Origin: a virus | Strand: one strand, 5' to 3' | IMG/VR virus record: IMGVR_UViG_3300031251_000967 | Location: 1 to 64,000 of that record | Length of the DNA: 64,000 bases | In this document: in pieces, positions 9,452-17,697 of the stretch | Layout of the letters: each line of letters starts with the position of its first letter | Numbering within the stretch: position 1 is the stretch's first letter | Translations under genes and position numbers: made by a program | The notes under the pieces: model-generated | Told to the model about the DNA's origin: nothing | Seen by the model: only the letters and a program-made list of their open reading frames with translations | The model's database searches: none

Positions 9452-9907
9452 TTAGGCAGACGGCCCGAGCTTGTAGAAGGAGTGGTGCCCGATGATGACG
9501 GGCTTCACCTTCGCGGCGGCCGAATCCCAAGAAGCTTTCGTGCCGGTCACTTTGTAATGGCTCGCGCCCCCGGTCGGGTCCGGCACCTCGCCGAGCATCA
9601 CCCGTTGGCCGATGTCGTAGAGCTTCTCGTAACCGGGAAGGGCGCTCGACGGCCCGCGGAGCTTCGGCGAGTTCGGATCGCTCTTGTTCCAGCATGAGAA
9701 TTGGGAGGGCTTCAGGCACACGTCGGCGACGGTATCGCCCCACCAGTCCTTTCCGGGATCTTCGGCGCGGTTGCGGATGACCCAGGCGACGGCGATCTGA
9801 CCGAGTTCGCTTTCGCCCCTCGCCTCCCCCCACAAGGTTCTGGCAAGCATGTCGAGGTCAACCGGGCGCAGCAATGACCCAACCGTCGTGGTTGTCATGG
9901 AGTTCAC
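9452..9907 (-). CDS. Endolysin, SleB-like cell wall hydrolase (Hydrolase_2)
   Basis: ARTLWGEARGE, QFSCWN, DPTGGASHY, IGHHSFY. Confidence 0.9.
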   Translation of the reverse strand: MNSMTTTTVGSLLRPVDLDMLARTLWGEARGESELGQIAVAWVIRNRAEDPGKDWWGDTVADVCLKPSQFSCWNKSDPNSPKLRGPSSALPGYEKLYDIGQRVMLGEVPDPTGGASHYKVTGTKASWDSAAAKVKPVIIGHHSFYKLGPSA

Positions 9908-9932
9908 CTGTCGGTTGTGCTAAAAGGAATGC

Positions 9933-10085
9933 GCTGCGGCAGCGCGGAAAGCAGACGCGCCGTTCCTGGTAAGAGCTTGGCAGAATTAGGGCGATGCCCT
10001 TAAGTTGCCGTGTGGCCTAGGTGGTTCGATTCCACCGCGCCGGTTCGAGAAGGACCGGAGCCGGAGTAGCGCCCGGCCCGCAGCA
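9933..10085 (+). ncRNA. tRNA-like structured RNA, copy B
   Basis: GCTGCGG/CCGCAGC-A stem; GCGCG-GAAAGCAGA-CGCGC arm; GCCGG-AGTAGCGC-CCGGC arm; internal GGTGG-TTCGATT-CCACC. Confidence 0.75.
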
Positions 10086-10154
10086 AACGCGACCAAGGGG
10101 ATTGCGCAGTTCCGTACCGCGCGTTGCGCCGCCAAGGCTTGGTTGTAGGCGGTG

Positions 10155-10469
10155 CTACTCTCCCTCCCTCACCGCCTCTGCGCGACGCTCAGCGTTCCAT
10201 GCCTGCACCATCGCAAGGGTTCGGGCATAGCCTGCAATGTCCACGGCGCTGTCGACGTGGTTTGGCGTCGTCACCAGCCGAGCGACCTTGACGAGCACCA
10301 TGTAGAGGGCATGGCGGATGCGGGGATCGGCACAATCCTCGATCATCTGCGCCATATGCGCCACTCGAGCGAAATCATCCGCCGGATGGCCGTAAACCGC
10401 GCCGCGCTCCTGCGTTACCGTCTTTGTCGCGGCATCGAATTGCTCGAGTGGGCTCATGCTTGCTCCCAA
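10155..10469 (-). CDS. DUF6378-like protein (all-alpha, putative nucleotide hydrolase)
   Basis: ERGAVYGHPADDFARVA...KVARL...HVDSAVDIAGYA. Confidence 0.8.
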   Translation of the reverse strand: MGASMSPLEQFDAATKTVTQERGAVYGHPADDFARVAHMAQMIEDCADPRIRHALYMVLVKVARLVTTPNHVDSAVDIAGYARTLAMVQAWNAERRAEAVREGE

Positions 10470-10516
10470 AAAATAAGGCCCGCTCGAGGCGGGCCTGCGC
10501 GGCGATGCCCAAGGCG

Positions 10517-11032
10517 TTACGGCGCTCGAGCGCGCTCGCGTCGCTGCCTCGCCTCAATCACCACGCGCCTGTTCTTCGATTGATCCGCCGCTGGGATCCA
10601 GCAGCAGTTGTCCGGCTCATAGTTCCCGTTCACGTCCTTGCGCTCGAGCGTGTAGCCCGGCGGGCACGGCCCCATGTCAGCAAGGAACGCCTCGAAAGAA
10701 GCTGACCACGCGTCGCACATCGTGATGCCTCGAGCGCCGTAGTGCACGCGGCTCTTGTCGTTCGGATTGAAGCAGCGGCCCTTAGCGGCCGACCATGCTA
10801 TGTATTCGCGCGTCCCGAACGCGCCGTGCTTCGTGTTGAGTTCGACCATACGTCGCCGTCGATGACAGCCACAGCTGACCGTCCCCCCGATAGTGAGGTC
10901 TTTCGTCCTCACTGTCTTTTCGGCCCCGCACTCGCACCGGACCATCCAGCCGCCGCTATTCGGCAACTTGACGCGATGCAGAACAGTGAGCTTCCCGAAC
11001 GTTTGACCGGATAGATTCAAAGCTCTTGGCAT
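10517..11032 (-). CDS. HNH homing endonuclease
   Basis: LSGQTFGKLTV, CECG, SCGC, YGARGI, TLERKDVNGNYEPDNC. Confidence 0.9.
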   Translation of the reverse strand: MPRALNLSGQTFGKLTVLHRVKLPNSGGWMVRCECGAEKTVRTKDLTIGGTVSCGCHRRRRMVELNTKHGAFGTREYIAWSAAKGRCFNPNDKSRVHYGARGITMCDAWSASFEAFLADMGPCPPGYTLERKDVNGNYEPDNCCWIPAADQSKNRRVVIEARQRRERARAP

Positions 11033-11069
11033 GTGCTAATTATAGCACGCCCAGTCGGACCAGGGAATG

Positions 11070-12314
11070 CTAAGCGACTTCTCTCGGCCAACTTACCCAG
11101 TCAACATGCGCTGTTGGCTTCGGCTCCTCAGCATATACTGGCCAGTGTGAGGTGATCCCGATCCTCTCATGCACGAACCAAAGGGCTTGCCGTGGCGCTT
11201 CGGGCGGCGCGCGCAATGCCAGCTTGGCGAATTCATCGTAACCTTTTAGGGATCCGTTCACTATTACTCTGTCGAGCGGGATGTATTGGTGCCAATGCCC
11301 GAGGAGCAAAGTATCATATGGCTGACCTACCGCGCTATTGCTTGATCTTATCTTCAAATCTCCGCGCAAAATCGGTCCTAGGCTCCCAATTATGCCATCG
11401 CCCCCTTTGACGCCGAGATTGTCTCCGTGCGTCAGGAGGAATCTGCGACCGGCAACGGTATAATAAGCGTCCGCTCCTGAAGGGATATGAAACTGAACTC
11501 GCCGGTCGCTCGCAAAATGCTTCTCGAGAAGGCAATAGAGAAGCCAGTCAAAGTTGGAGAAATTCCGGTTCTTGAAGATCGGCTTCACCGTGTTTCGGCC
11601 GTGATTCCCCGCCACACATGGCACGAAGACGCGTCCAAACTCATCGGCTAGCGCCGTCAACGCCCATATCAGCACGCCGAAAAGATCGAGGAGAACCGGC
11701 ATGGTCGGCATCTCGTTGGTTTCGCGCAGTTCCTGGTGCAAATCACCGCTGACAAGATCGCCGCCCAAGTTCACGACTATTCCGGGCATCGCCACGCCTG
11801 AGGCGTGCAGCCGCGCGAGATAGATCGTCTTCTCGATGACCTTGCGAAGCCGACGTTGCGCGATGGCGATGCTGTATTCGTTGACGCCGTTCAATTGCGC
11901 CCCATCTACGACCTCGCCCCAATGGAGGTCGGAGAGGAACAGGCAGGGCGTCCCCACGCCGTCTGCCGAATGATGCTCGAGCAGCCAGCCCGGCGGCTCC
12001 GGCGTCATCTCCTTCAGCCCGAGGATGTGCTTGCGGACCACGGCCGCCGTCAGGTTGTCGCGATGCACCGCGGCGAGTTGCGACCGCAGCTCGCGCACCT
12101 GATCGGAGAGTGATAGCTTGGTCTGCTGCCACTCGGCGTTTTCCTCGATCGCCCCGGCGGCGATGCCCTCTCGTTCGGCTCGCTTCAGCCAGCCCTCATA
12201 GGTCTGGCGCTTCACGCCGAGTTGGCTCGAGGCCACTTCGGTATTCGGCTCGATCGCAGCGAGGTTGACGGCGCGCTGCAATTCCGCTCGAGTGGCGGGA
12301 GAGCGGCGGGTCAC
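11070..12314 (-). CDS. Calcineurin-like metallophosphoesterase with N-terminal HTH and coiled coil
   Basis: SDLHWGE, GGDLVSG, GNHGR, HGD, GHWH. Confidence 0.85.
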   Translation of the reverse strand: MTRRSPATRAELQRAVNLAAIEPNTEVASSQLGVKRQTYEGWLKRAEREGIAAGAIEENAEWQQTKLSLSDQVRELRSQLAAVHRDNLTAAVVRKHILGLKEMTPEPPGWLLEHHSADGVGTPCLFLSDLHWGEVVDGAQLNGVNEYSIAIAQRRLRKVIEKTIYLARLHASGVAMPGIVVNLGGDLVSGDLHQELRETNEMPTMPVLLDLFGVLIWALTALADEFGRVFVPCVAGNHGRNTVKPIFKNRNFSNFDWLLYCLLEKHFASDRRVQFHIPSGADAYYTVAGRRFLLTHGDNLGVKGGDGIIGSLGPILRGDLKIRSSNSAVGQPYDTLLLGHWHQYIPLDRVIVNGSLKGYDEFAKLALRAPPEAPRQALWFVHERIGITSHWPVYAEEPKPTAHVDWVSWPREVA

Positions 12315-12565
12315 TTGCTCGCCTCAATCTTCTTGGTCTGCGCCTCTACTTGCTTGAGTTGCGCTGCGATCAGCTTGTTATGGAGATACCGACCCCGAAT
12401 TAGGAGCCAGAGCGCGATGATGCCCCCTACCCCGGTCAAGGCATTCAGAGGCGAGCTTATGAACTGCTGCCACCAGGAGTAGGCGACCCCGCCGAGCGCT
12501 ACCGCGACTTGGGCGAAGAACACGCGAGGCTGCGACGAAGCGTAATGCACGAAGGTCTCAGCCAT
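12311..12565 (-). CDS. Holin-like small membrane protein
   Basis: Two TM segments, basic C-terminus. Confidence 0.55.
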   Translation of the reverse strand: MAETFVHYASSQPRVFFAQVAVALGGVAYSWWQQFISSPLNALTGVGGIIALWLLIRGRYLHNKLIAAQLKQVEAQTKKIEASK

Positions 12566-12806
12566 CGTTACCCACCCCTACGCGCGGGGTGGAGAAATCT
12601 GTTGCCTGTCGCATCGTTGCCACACCCATATCCGGGCATGGTGAGGTATATCCGCTCTCTGGCGGAGGGAACGTGCTTGCCATGATGTTGCGTTCCTGTT
12701 GTAGGCGGCATGGGGAGTGCCGCTTGCCCGCCCGATTCAGCGAGCGTTGGCCGGTTGCAGCTTTTGTGCTACCCTGTTGATCTGATTTTATTTCTGGTCA
12801 GCAGCC

Positions 12807-13172
12807 ATGAAGATCGACGCGCAAGTCTACCCGGCGCTTTCCGCACCGGTTCACCTGAAGACCGTTATCGTGTCACAGGGCGATACAGCCTTCCCGCCGG
12901 GCGCCGAATGGTGCTACGCGAGCGCCCGAGACGTTTACGCTGACGAGCGTATCCCGCAGGGTAGCGAGCCGCAGCTTGGGCTTCTCGGCTATCTGTACCA
13001 CTCGCCGCTTACCGGCCCGTGCTTTCTTCTCGAACTCGGCCCCGGCACTCCCGCCGAGGGGCTGGCGTCTCTGAAAAGCCGAGCGGACTTCGGGAAGTGT
13101 GAATACTTCGCCCCGCAAAGATGGTTCGGAACGTACACGGCGGATGTTCATAACGTTGCGCTTCTATGCTAG
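12807..13172 (+). CDS. Hypothetical moron protein
   Basis: 121-aa ORF opposite to late genes. Confidence 0.55.
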   Translation: MKIDAQVYPALSAPVHLKTVIVSQGDTAFPPGAEWCYASARDVYADERIPQGSEPQLGLLGYLYHSPLTGPCFLLELGPGTPAEGLASLKSRADFGKCEYFAPQRWFGTYTADVHNVALLC

Positions 13173-13211
13173 ACTGTTGATCTTCTTGGATTGACAGGTC
13201 GGCAGGGCATA

Positions 13212-13550
13212 ATGAGCTTCGTAGCAACGCCAGAATTGCAAGAGCGGGTTTCTCGAATGATCGAGGGGCAAGCGGAAGCCAGTCCTCCGACGGCCAAATG
13301 GCTCGCGGAAGAAATCTTGAAGTTGGTCGAGAGCGTCGCCGCTTTTCAGGAATTGTTGGCCGACGACGATTTCCAGCAAACACGCGCCACGCTTCGATCG
13401 GCCACGATATTAGCTGGCGGCGAGATCCGCATCCCCGCCGATCACATGGCGCAAGCCCGCGCCGATGGTTGGGGAACCCGTATTGTCGTCAGCAAAGATC
13501 AAGGCACCGACGAAACAGTTGTGCGCGTTGAGCGGGCGGAGCAGCGGTAA
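13212..13550 (+). CDS. Hypothetical moron protein
   Basis: Coupled (TAATG) to next ORF. Confidence 0.6.
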   Translation: MSFVATPELQERVSRMIEGQAEASPPTAKWLAEEILKLVESVAAFQELLADDDFQQTRATLRSATILAGGEIRIPADHMAQARADGWGTRIVVSKDQGTDETVVRVERAEQR

Positions 13551-13837
13551 TGGACGAGAGGGAACCGATGACGCCGGAAGAGTCGGCCGCTGTCGAAGCG
13601 GTTAGGGCGCAAATCGAACAGGCGATTTCGGATTGCTTGGCTCAAGGGCCGCTCACCGCTGAAGAGTTGGCGGCCTCAGCACAGAAGCGGCTCGACGAGA
13701 TTTTCCCGGTCAAATGGGAGGATCACATCGACGTGTCGCAAGAGGGCAGCACGCTTAAGCTGACCCCGAAGACCGACTTCGGCCGACAGATGATGGTCGA
13801 CGCTAGAATGCTGCCGCCGCCGCTGCCGATCGACTAG
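13550..13837 (+). CDS. Hypothetical moron protein
   Basis: GGAG RBS, 1-bp overlap. Confidence 0.6.
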   Translation: MDEREPMTPEESAAVEAVRAQIEQAISDCLAQGPLTAEELAASAQKRLDEIFPVKWEDHIDVSQEGSTLKLTPKTDFGRQMMVDARMLPPPLPID

Positions 13838-13856
13838 ACGATTACGATTTAGAGGG

Positions 13857-14045
13857 ATGGCCGCTGATTCCTCCCTCCTCCTCTCTTCCCAAGGACATTC
13901 ACCGATGCAGACCGCGCTCGACGAAAGAGCGATACGACAGCGCGAGAAAAAGTGGTTCTTTCTCGGAATCCTTATGGGGCTCAATATCGCGAATTACGCA
14001 GTTATCGCCATCGTCGTCGTGAAATACGGGCTTTTAGCCGAGTAG
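13857..14045 (+). CDS. Small membrane protein
   Basis: C-terminal TM helix. Confidence 0.5.
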   Translation: MAADSSLLLSSQGHSPMQTALDERAIRQREKKWFFLGILMGLNIANYAVIAIVVVKYGLLAE

Positions 14046-14065
14046 CACCGCCTCGTCATCCGCCG

Positions 14066-14548
14066 TCAGGGGATGGTGACGGAATCCGTCGGCCACGATC
14101 CTTGACCAGCCAGCGCAAGGCCGAGTTGGTACAGGTGATCGCGGACAGCCGAATACACGGCCTTGATCTGCGCTTCCGTGAACACCTTGGGCGCGCCGGT
14201 CGCGTCGGGGTACGCGAAGGTCGATCCGCCACCCGGAAAGCCAAGGCCGGCGCCGCAGTCCACCGCCAGTGCGCGGATCTGGTCGAGCGTCACCTTGTCC
14301 AGCGCATACGTTGCTGAGATGGACGGCGATCCCGTAGAGGTGATCTGGAGTCCTGCCGCTATTGCCGTATCGTACTGCTGCTGCGGTGTTGGTCCGGATG
14401 CGGCGACGATCTCCGCCCATGTCGGCTTGGCCCGCGTATCGAACCAGTCGAGCGCGTCGTAAGCCGCTTCTGTATTGTCCGTCACCGACCCGAAATACTG
14501 CGCTCCGGGAACGAGTTGGTCGAGGACCGATGCAACGTCAATGGTCAT
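14066..14548 (-). CDS. Tail fibre assembly-like protein (XkdW/DUF4376-like)
   Basis: LDWFDTRAKPTWAEI; position after tail fibre. Confidence 0.7.
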   Translation of the reverse strand: MTIDVASVLDQLVPGAQYFGSVTDNTEAAYDALDWFDTRAKPTWAEIVAASGPTPQQQYDTAIAAGLQITSTGSPSISATYALDKVTLDQIRALAVDCGAGLGFPGGGSTFAYPDATGAPKVFTEAQIKAVYSAVRDHLYQLGLALAGQGSWPTDSVTIP

Positions 14549-14670
14549 GACGATTTCCTCTGAACGACGGCGTAACTTCCTGCCGTCAGCGTCATCTGGT
14601 TGGAGCCAAGCAATTCCCCTTCGCGATCCGGAAGTTGCGGAACGCTTTTGAGATCACGGGTGCGCCACAT
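14545..14670 (-). CDS. 41-aa mini-ORF paralogous to part of the tail fibre
   Basis: MWRTRDLKSV...SNQMTLTAGSYAV vs fibre WRTRDLNTKV...SNQFTLPAGQYLV; ATGA overlap. Confidence 0.55.
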   Translation of the reverse strand: MWRTRDLKSVPQLPDREGELLGSNQMTLTAGSYAVVQRKSS

Positions 14671-14672
14671 GG

Positions 14673-15359
14673 CTATGCGATCTTCCTGATTCCGAGGTAG
14701 CTGTAGACTTCAGGGCCGAAGTTGCAGGCGAAGCCGAACCCGTTCCCGGTCTGCGAGGCCGTGCACTGGTGCTGGAGCTGGATCGTCTTGGTTCCGGTCA
14801 GTGTAAACGCCCCTTCGATCACGGATGACGTCTGAATGAAATCAGTCGCACCGCTGCCGGACGCGTTCTCCGATGATCCCGAAACAAGAAGTGCACCATC
14901 CGTGACGTTCCAGAGCCGCGCCTGATGTGGATCAACGTTTACCGCCGGAGCCCTGCCAGTTACCAGATATTGCCCTGCTGGCAGCGTGAATTGATTTGAA
15001 GACAGCGTGCAGATACTTGCGGTATCGAGCACCTTCGTGTTCAAGTCTCGGGTGCGCCATGCTCCGGAGGAGAACGTTCCGCCCGCCGTGTTCTGTGTCT
15101 TCTGGTCCTGAAGAATAACCAGCGGTCGCACGTAAAGCTGATTCAGCGCCGCGAGAAGCTGGGCGCGATTTGTCTTGTCGAGAGCAATGCCCGCTTGGGC
15201 GATGACTGCGACAATCTCCTCCTGCACGGCGTTCGCCCAATCGGCGGTAACGATCGTCGGCGTGACGCCCGTGCCGTCTTGGAAGTACCCGCTTGTGGCG
15301 CCGAGCGCGGCGGGCGTCGGAAGGGATGCGGACACCCCAGAGCTATCGATGCGGAACAA
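14673..15359 (-). CDS. Short tail fibre protein (228 aa)
   Basis: TTG start with AAGGAG RBS; PTIVTADWANAVQEEI...QLLAAL Mu-type fibre N-terminus. Confidence 0.85.
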   Translation of the reverse strand: MFRIDSSGVSASLPTPAALGATSGYFQDGTGVTPTIVTADWANAVQEEIVAVIAQAGIALDKTNRAQLLAALNQLYVRPLVILQDQKTQNTAGGTFSSGAWRTRDLNTKVLDTASICTLSSNQFTLPAGQYLVTGRAPAVNVDPHQARLWNVTDGALLVSGSSENASGSGATDFIQTSSVIEGAFTLTGTKTIQLQHQCTASQTGNGFGFACNFGPEVYSYLGIRKIA

Positions 15360-15370
15360 GGTTCTACTCC

Positions 15371-15967
15371 TTACGTGTAAGAGAATTTGACAGTGGTGTG
15401 CGCGGGAGCCCTGGCGTTGATCGAGCACTCCAGCGGAGCGTTGCCGAAGCTTGTGAGGGGATCGCCGACCGCTGAGACGCCGACGCGGAAAGACGTCACG
15501 GTCGTGAGCGGGGCATTGATCTGCCAGACGTGCGCCCAGCCCGCCCCATACAGGGGCTGACCAACGGCGAGCCGCCCGACTCTTGCCGGCGCGAACTGCG
15601 TGATCGTGATCGTGTAGCCGAGCTTCGCCGCTTGGGCGATGAACGATGCCGGCGTCGGAGAATCCGTCGCCGTCAGCCGGGCGACGACCTGTCCGCGCCG
15701 GCCTTGGAGAGTTTGCGCCGGCCCGGCACAGGGATCCGGAAGCCCGAGGGTCTTTTCCCACTCCGGCAGCAGTTCGTACGTCGTCGTCGGAAACGCGTCG
15801 ACCAGCAGATAGTTGGCCCGGTCGTTCACCCGTGCGAAGGTGGGCGCGAACCCAGACAGCGTCTCCGTCTGGATTGCGTCGCTGTCCCGTGGCCAGATGC
15901 GGCCGATTGGGAACAGCCGCTGGAGCAGCGCGAGGTAATCCGCCGCTGAGAAAGACGGTGCCAGCAT
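15371..15967 (-). CDS. Baseplate protein, Mu gp48/YmfQ (DUF2313)-like
   Basis: LLPEWEKTLGLPDPC, LECSINARAPAHT. Confidence 0.9.
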   Translation of the reverse strand: MLAPSFSAADYLALLQRLFPIGRIWPRDSDAIQTETLSGFAPTFARVNDRANYLLVDAFPTTTYELLPEWEKTLGLPDPCAGPAQTLQGRRGQVVARLTATDSPTPASFIAQAAKLGYTITITQFAPARVGRLAVGQPLYGAGWAHVWQINAPLTTVTSFRVGVSAVGDPLTSFGNAPLECSINARAPAHTTVKFSYT

Positions 15968-15971
15968 CAAA

Positions 15972-17096
15972 TCATGTCCAAGTGATCGTGCCGAGTACTG
16001 GCAGCGACCCAACAGGAATTGAGATGTTGGCGTTAGGCACCGAAATCACGAAGCCTGCGGATCCCGGAACGGCACCTATGGCGCTTTCGATATAGGACAG
16101 ATCGACGACACCGCCCTTGGCAGAGCCATATTGCAGGAGCACACCCGCTATGGCAGATGCCACCGCCGACTGAACCGCAGACCCAGCCGTCGAGAGTCCG
16201 CTGATCGTAAAGTTTATCGCCTGTGGCGTCGGTGCCGCCGCATAGACGAGCGCCGTGACCGGTTGCCGTGTGGGCGCAAAGAAATAGTTGGCGACGGTAA
16301 GTTGGTCCCCTGTGGCCGCCGTATCTCGCGTCTCGCCCGTCGCTACGCCGAATGTCCCTTGCGGGAAGCCGTTATGCGCCGCCTGAGCAACGTCCATCAT
16401 GAAGTACACGACGACCGTGCCCGGCCCCATGCCGTTGCGCACGCACCACGCGCGGGTGACGCCGGAGACCTCTAGCGCCCATTCCTCATAGTCGCTCGGC
16501 GCTCCACCCTGCGGCGGTTGCGCGTAAGCCTTCAGCGTGCGCGACCGCAGGCTGTCCATCGTCTCCAGATCGGCACCGCCGGTGAGTGCAGTCGTCGCGG
16601 TGCCGTTCGCCTGAATGCCCGCAATGGCCTGCGCCAGCGTCATCGCGGTTCCGGCGTTCGTGTTGCCGAGCGAACCCGCGGCGTCAGCAATGACGGAGAC
16701 CACTACCGTTCCGCCGACGGAAACCGTACCGTCGGCCGTCGTGGTGTAGCTCGCGCCGTCACCGCGGGCGATGGGGGTGCCGGCAGGAAGGACAGTCCCT
16801 GCTACGCCGTTGAAGGTCACGGCGTTTGTGCCGGACGCAGGGGTCGCCGGCTTCAGCGTAACGTTCTTAAGCGCTGCCCAGCCGAGCAGGTATTCGTCGG
16901 TAGCTGTCCAAGGAACCGCCTGCCGCGCGATCCAGTCGATGTAGCCGAACACGAGGTTGATGAGGTTCGCGAGAACCTTGCCGATGATGCCGAGGTTTGA
17001 GAACCGCAGCAGCGGATCAGAACCCGGCAGCGCGGCCGAAATGTCCTGTGCGGTCTGTTGCTTGAGAACCTTCAGCGTCGGGCGAGCGAAAGGCAT
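15972..17096 (-). CDS. Baseplate J/gp47 protein
   Basis: GGADLETMDSLRSR...PPQGGAPSDYEEWALEVSGVTRAW. Confidence 0.93.
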   Translation of the reverse strand: MPFARPTLKVLKQQTAQDISAALPGSDPLLRFSNLGIIGKVLANLINLVFGYIDWIARQAVPWTATDEYLLGWAALKNVTLKPATPASGTNAVTFNGVAGTVLPAGTPIARGDGASYTTTADGTVSVGGTVVVSVIADAAGSLGNTNAGTAMTLAQAIAGIQANGTATTALTGGADLETMDSLRSRTLKAYAQPPQGGAPSDYEEWALEVSGVTRAWCVRNGMGPGTVVVYFMMDVAQAAHNGFPQGTFGVATGETRDTAATGDQLTVANYFFAPTRQPVTALVYAAAPTPQAINFTISGLSTAGSAVQSAVASAIAGVLLQYGSAKGGVVDLSYIESAIGAVPGSAGFVISVPNANISIPVGSLPVLGTITWT

Positions 17097-17097
17097 T

Positions 17098-17697
17098 TCA
17101 GCGGATCCCCTGCCAAGCCCAATCGAATTTCAGCGTGGATTGCGCGCCCTTTGCGGGCTGATACACGGTGATCCGCGCCCCGAGCATTCCGGGGCGCGTC
17201 CACTCGGCGTAGATGTCGATCGACCCGGCGACGCCGTCGTCGATCATCCATTGCAGCGCTTCGGCCATGTATTCCTTGGCCCGCGCCAGCGTTTCGTCAG
17301 TCTGCTTCGCCCGATCCAGCAACCAGAGCCGCGAGCCGATCGGGTAATCTTCGTCGAGATCGCCGAGCCAGCCGCGCCGGTCGTTGGTACCATCCGGAAT
17401 GACATCGTCTGGAAGGGCGGAACGGTCGGTAAAAAGCGAGATGAGAAGGGCGGTCGGCAGGTCGTTTCCGGCCGCCAGATCCGCTTCGTCCATCGCCCAA
17501 TCGCCGCGGCCGTTGGCAACGTCCCAGATCGTCGCGATGTCGCTCTGCCGCCCCACGATAGAGAAGGACGGCGACGATGTCGGAGAACCGCCGCCTCCCA
17601 CAACGACCGTGGTCGACGTGGTCGAAAAGTCGAGAATGAGGCGGTCGCCGCCCAGCGACAGGAAGTCGCCGGACGTGTCGAGAAGGTAATCCGCCAT
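17098..17697 (-). CDS. Mu gp46-like baseplate protein with N-terminal extension
   Basis: LPTALLISLFTD, RRGWLGD, IGSRLWLLDRAK, EALQWMIDDGVA. Confidence 0.9.
   Translation of the reverse strand: MADYLLDTSGDFLSLGGDRLILDFSTTSTTVVVGGGGSPTSSPSFSIVGRQSDIATIWDVANGRGDWAMDEADLAAGNDLPTALLISLFTDRSALPDDVIPDGTNDRRGWLGDLDEDYPIGSRLWLLDRAKQTDETLARAKEYMAEALQWMIDDGVAGSIDIYAEWTRPGMLGARITVYQPAKGAQSTLKFDWAWQGIR

Noticed and set aside
9300-10085. Calling copies A and B ordinary tRNAs, tmRNA or intron-containing tRNAs
   Set aside because: About 145-155 nt, 8-nt T loops, no standard anticodon arm, no G3-U70 pair or tag ORF, too short for self-splicing introns
12704-12723. Shared GCGGCATGGGG(A)GTGCC with about 61662-61678
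   Set aside because: Only two short GC-rich copies; chance cannot be excluded
14545-15065. Diversity-generating retroelement TR/VR pair
   Set aside because: Copies differ at many non-adenine positions and no reverse transcriptase is in the window
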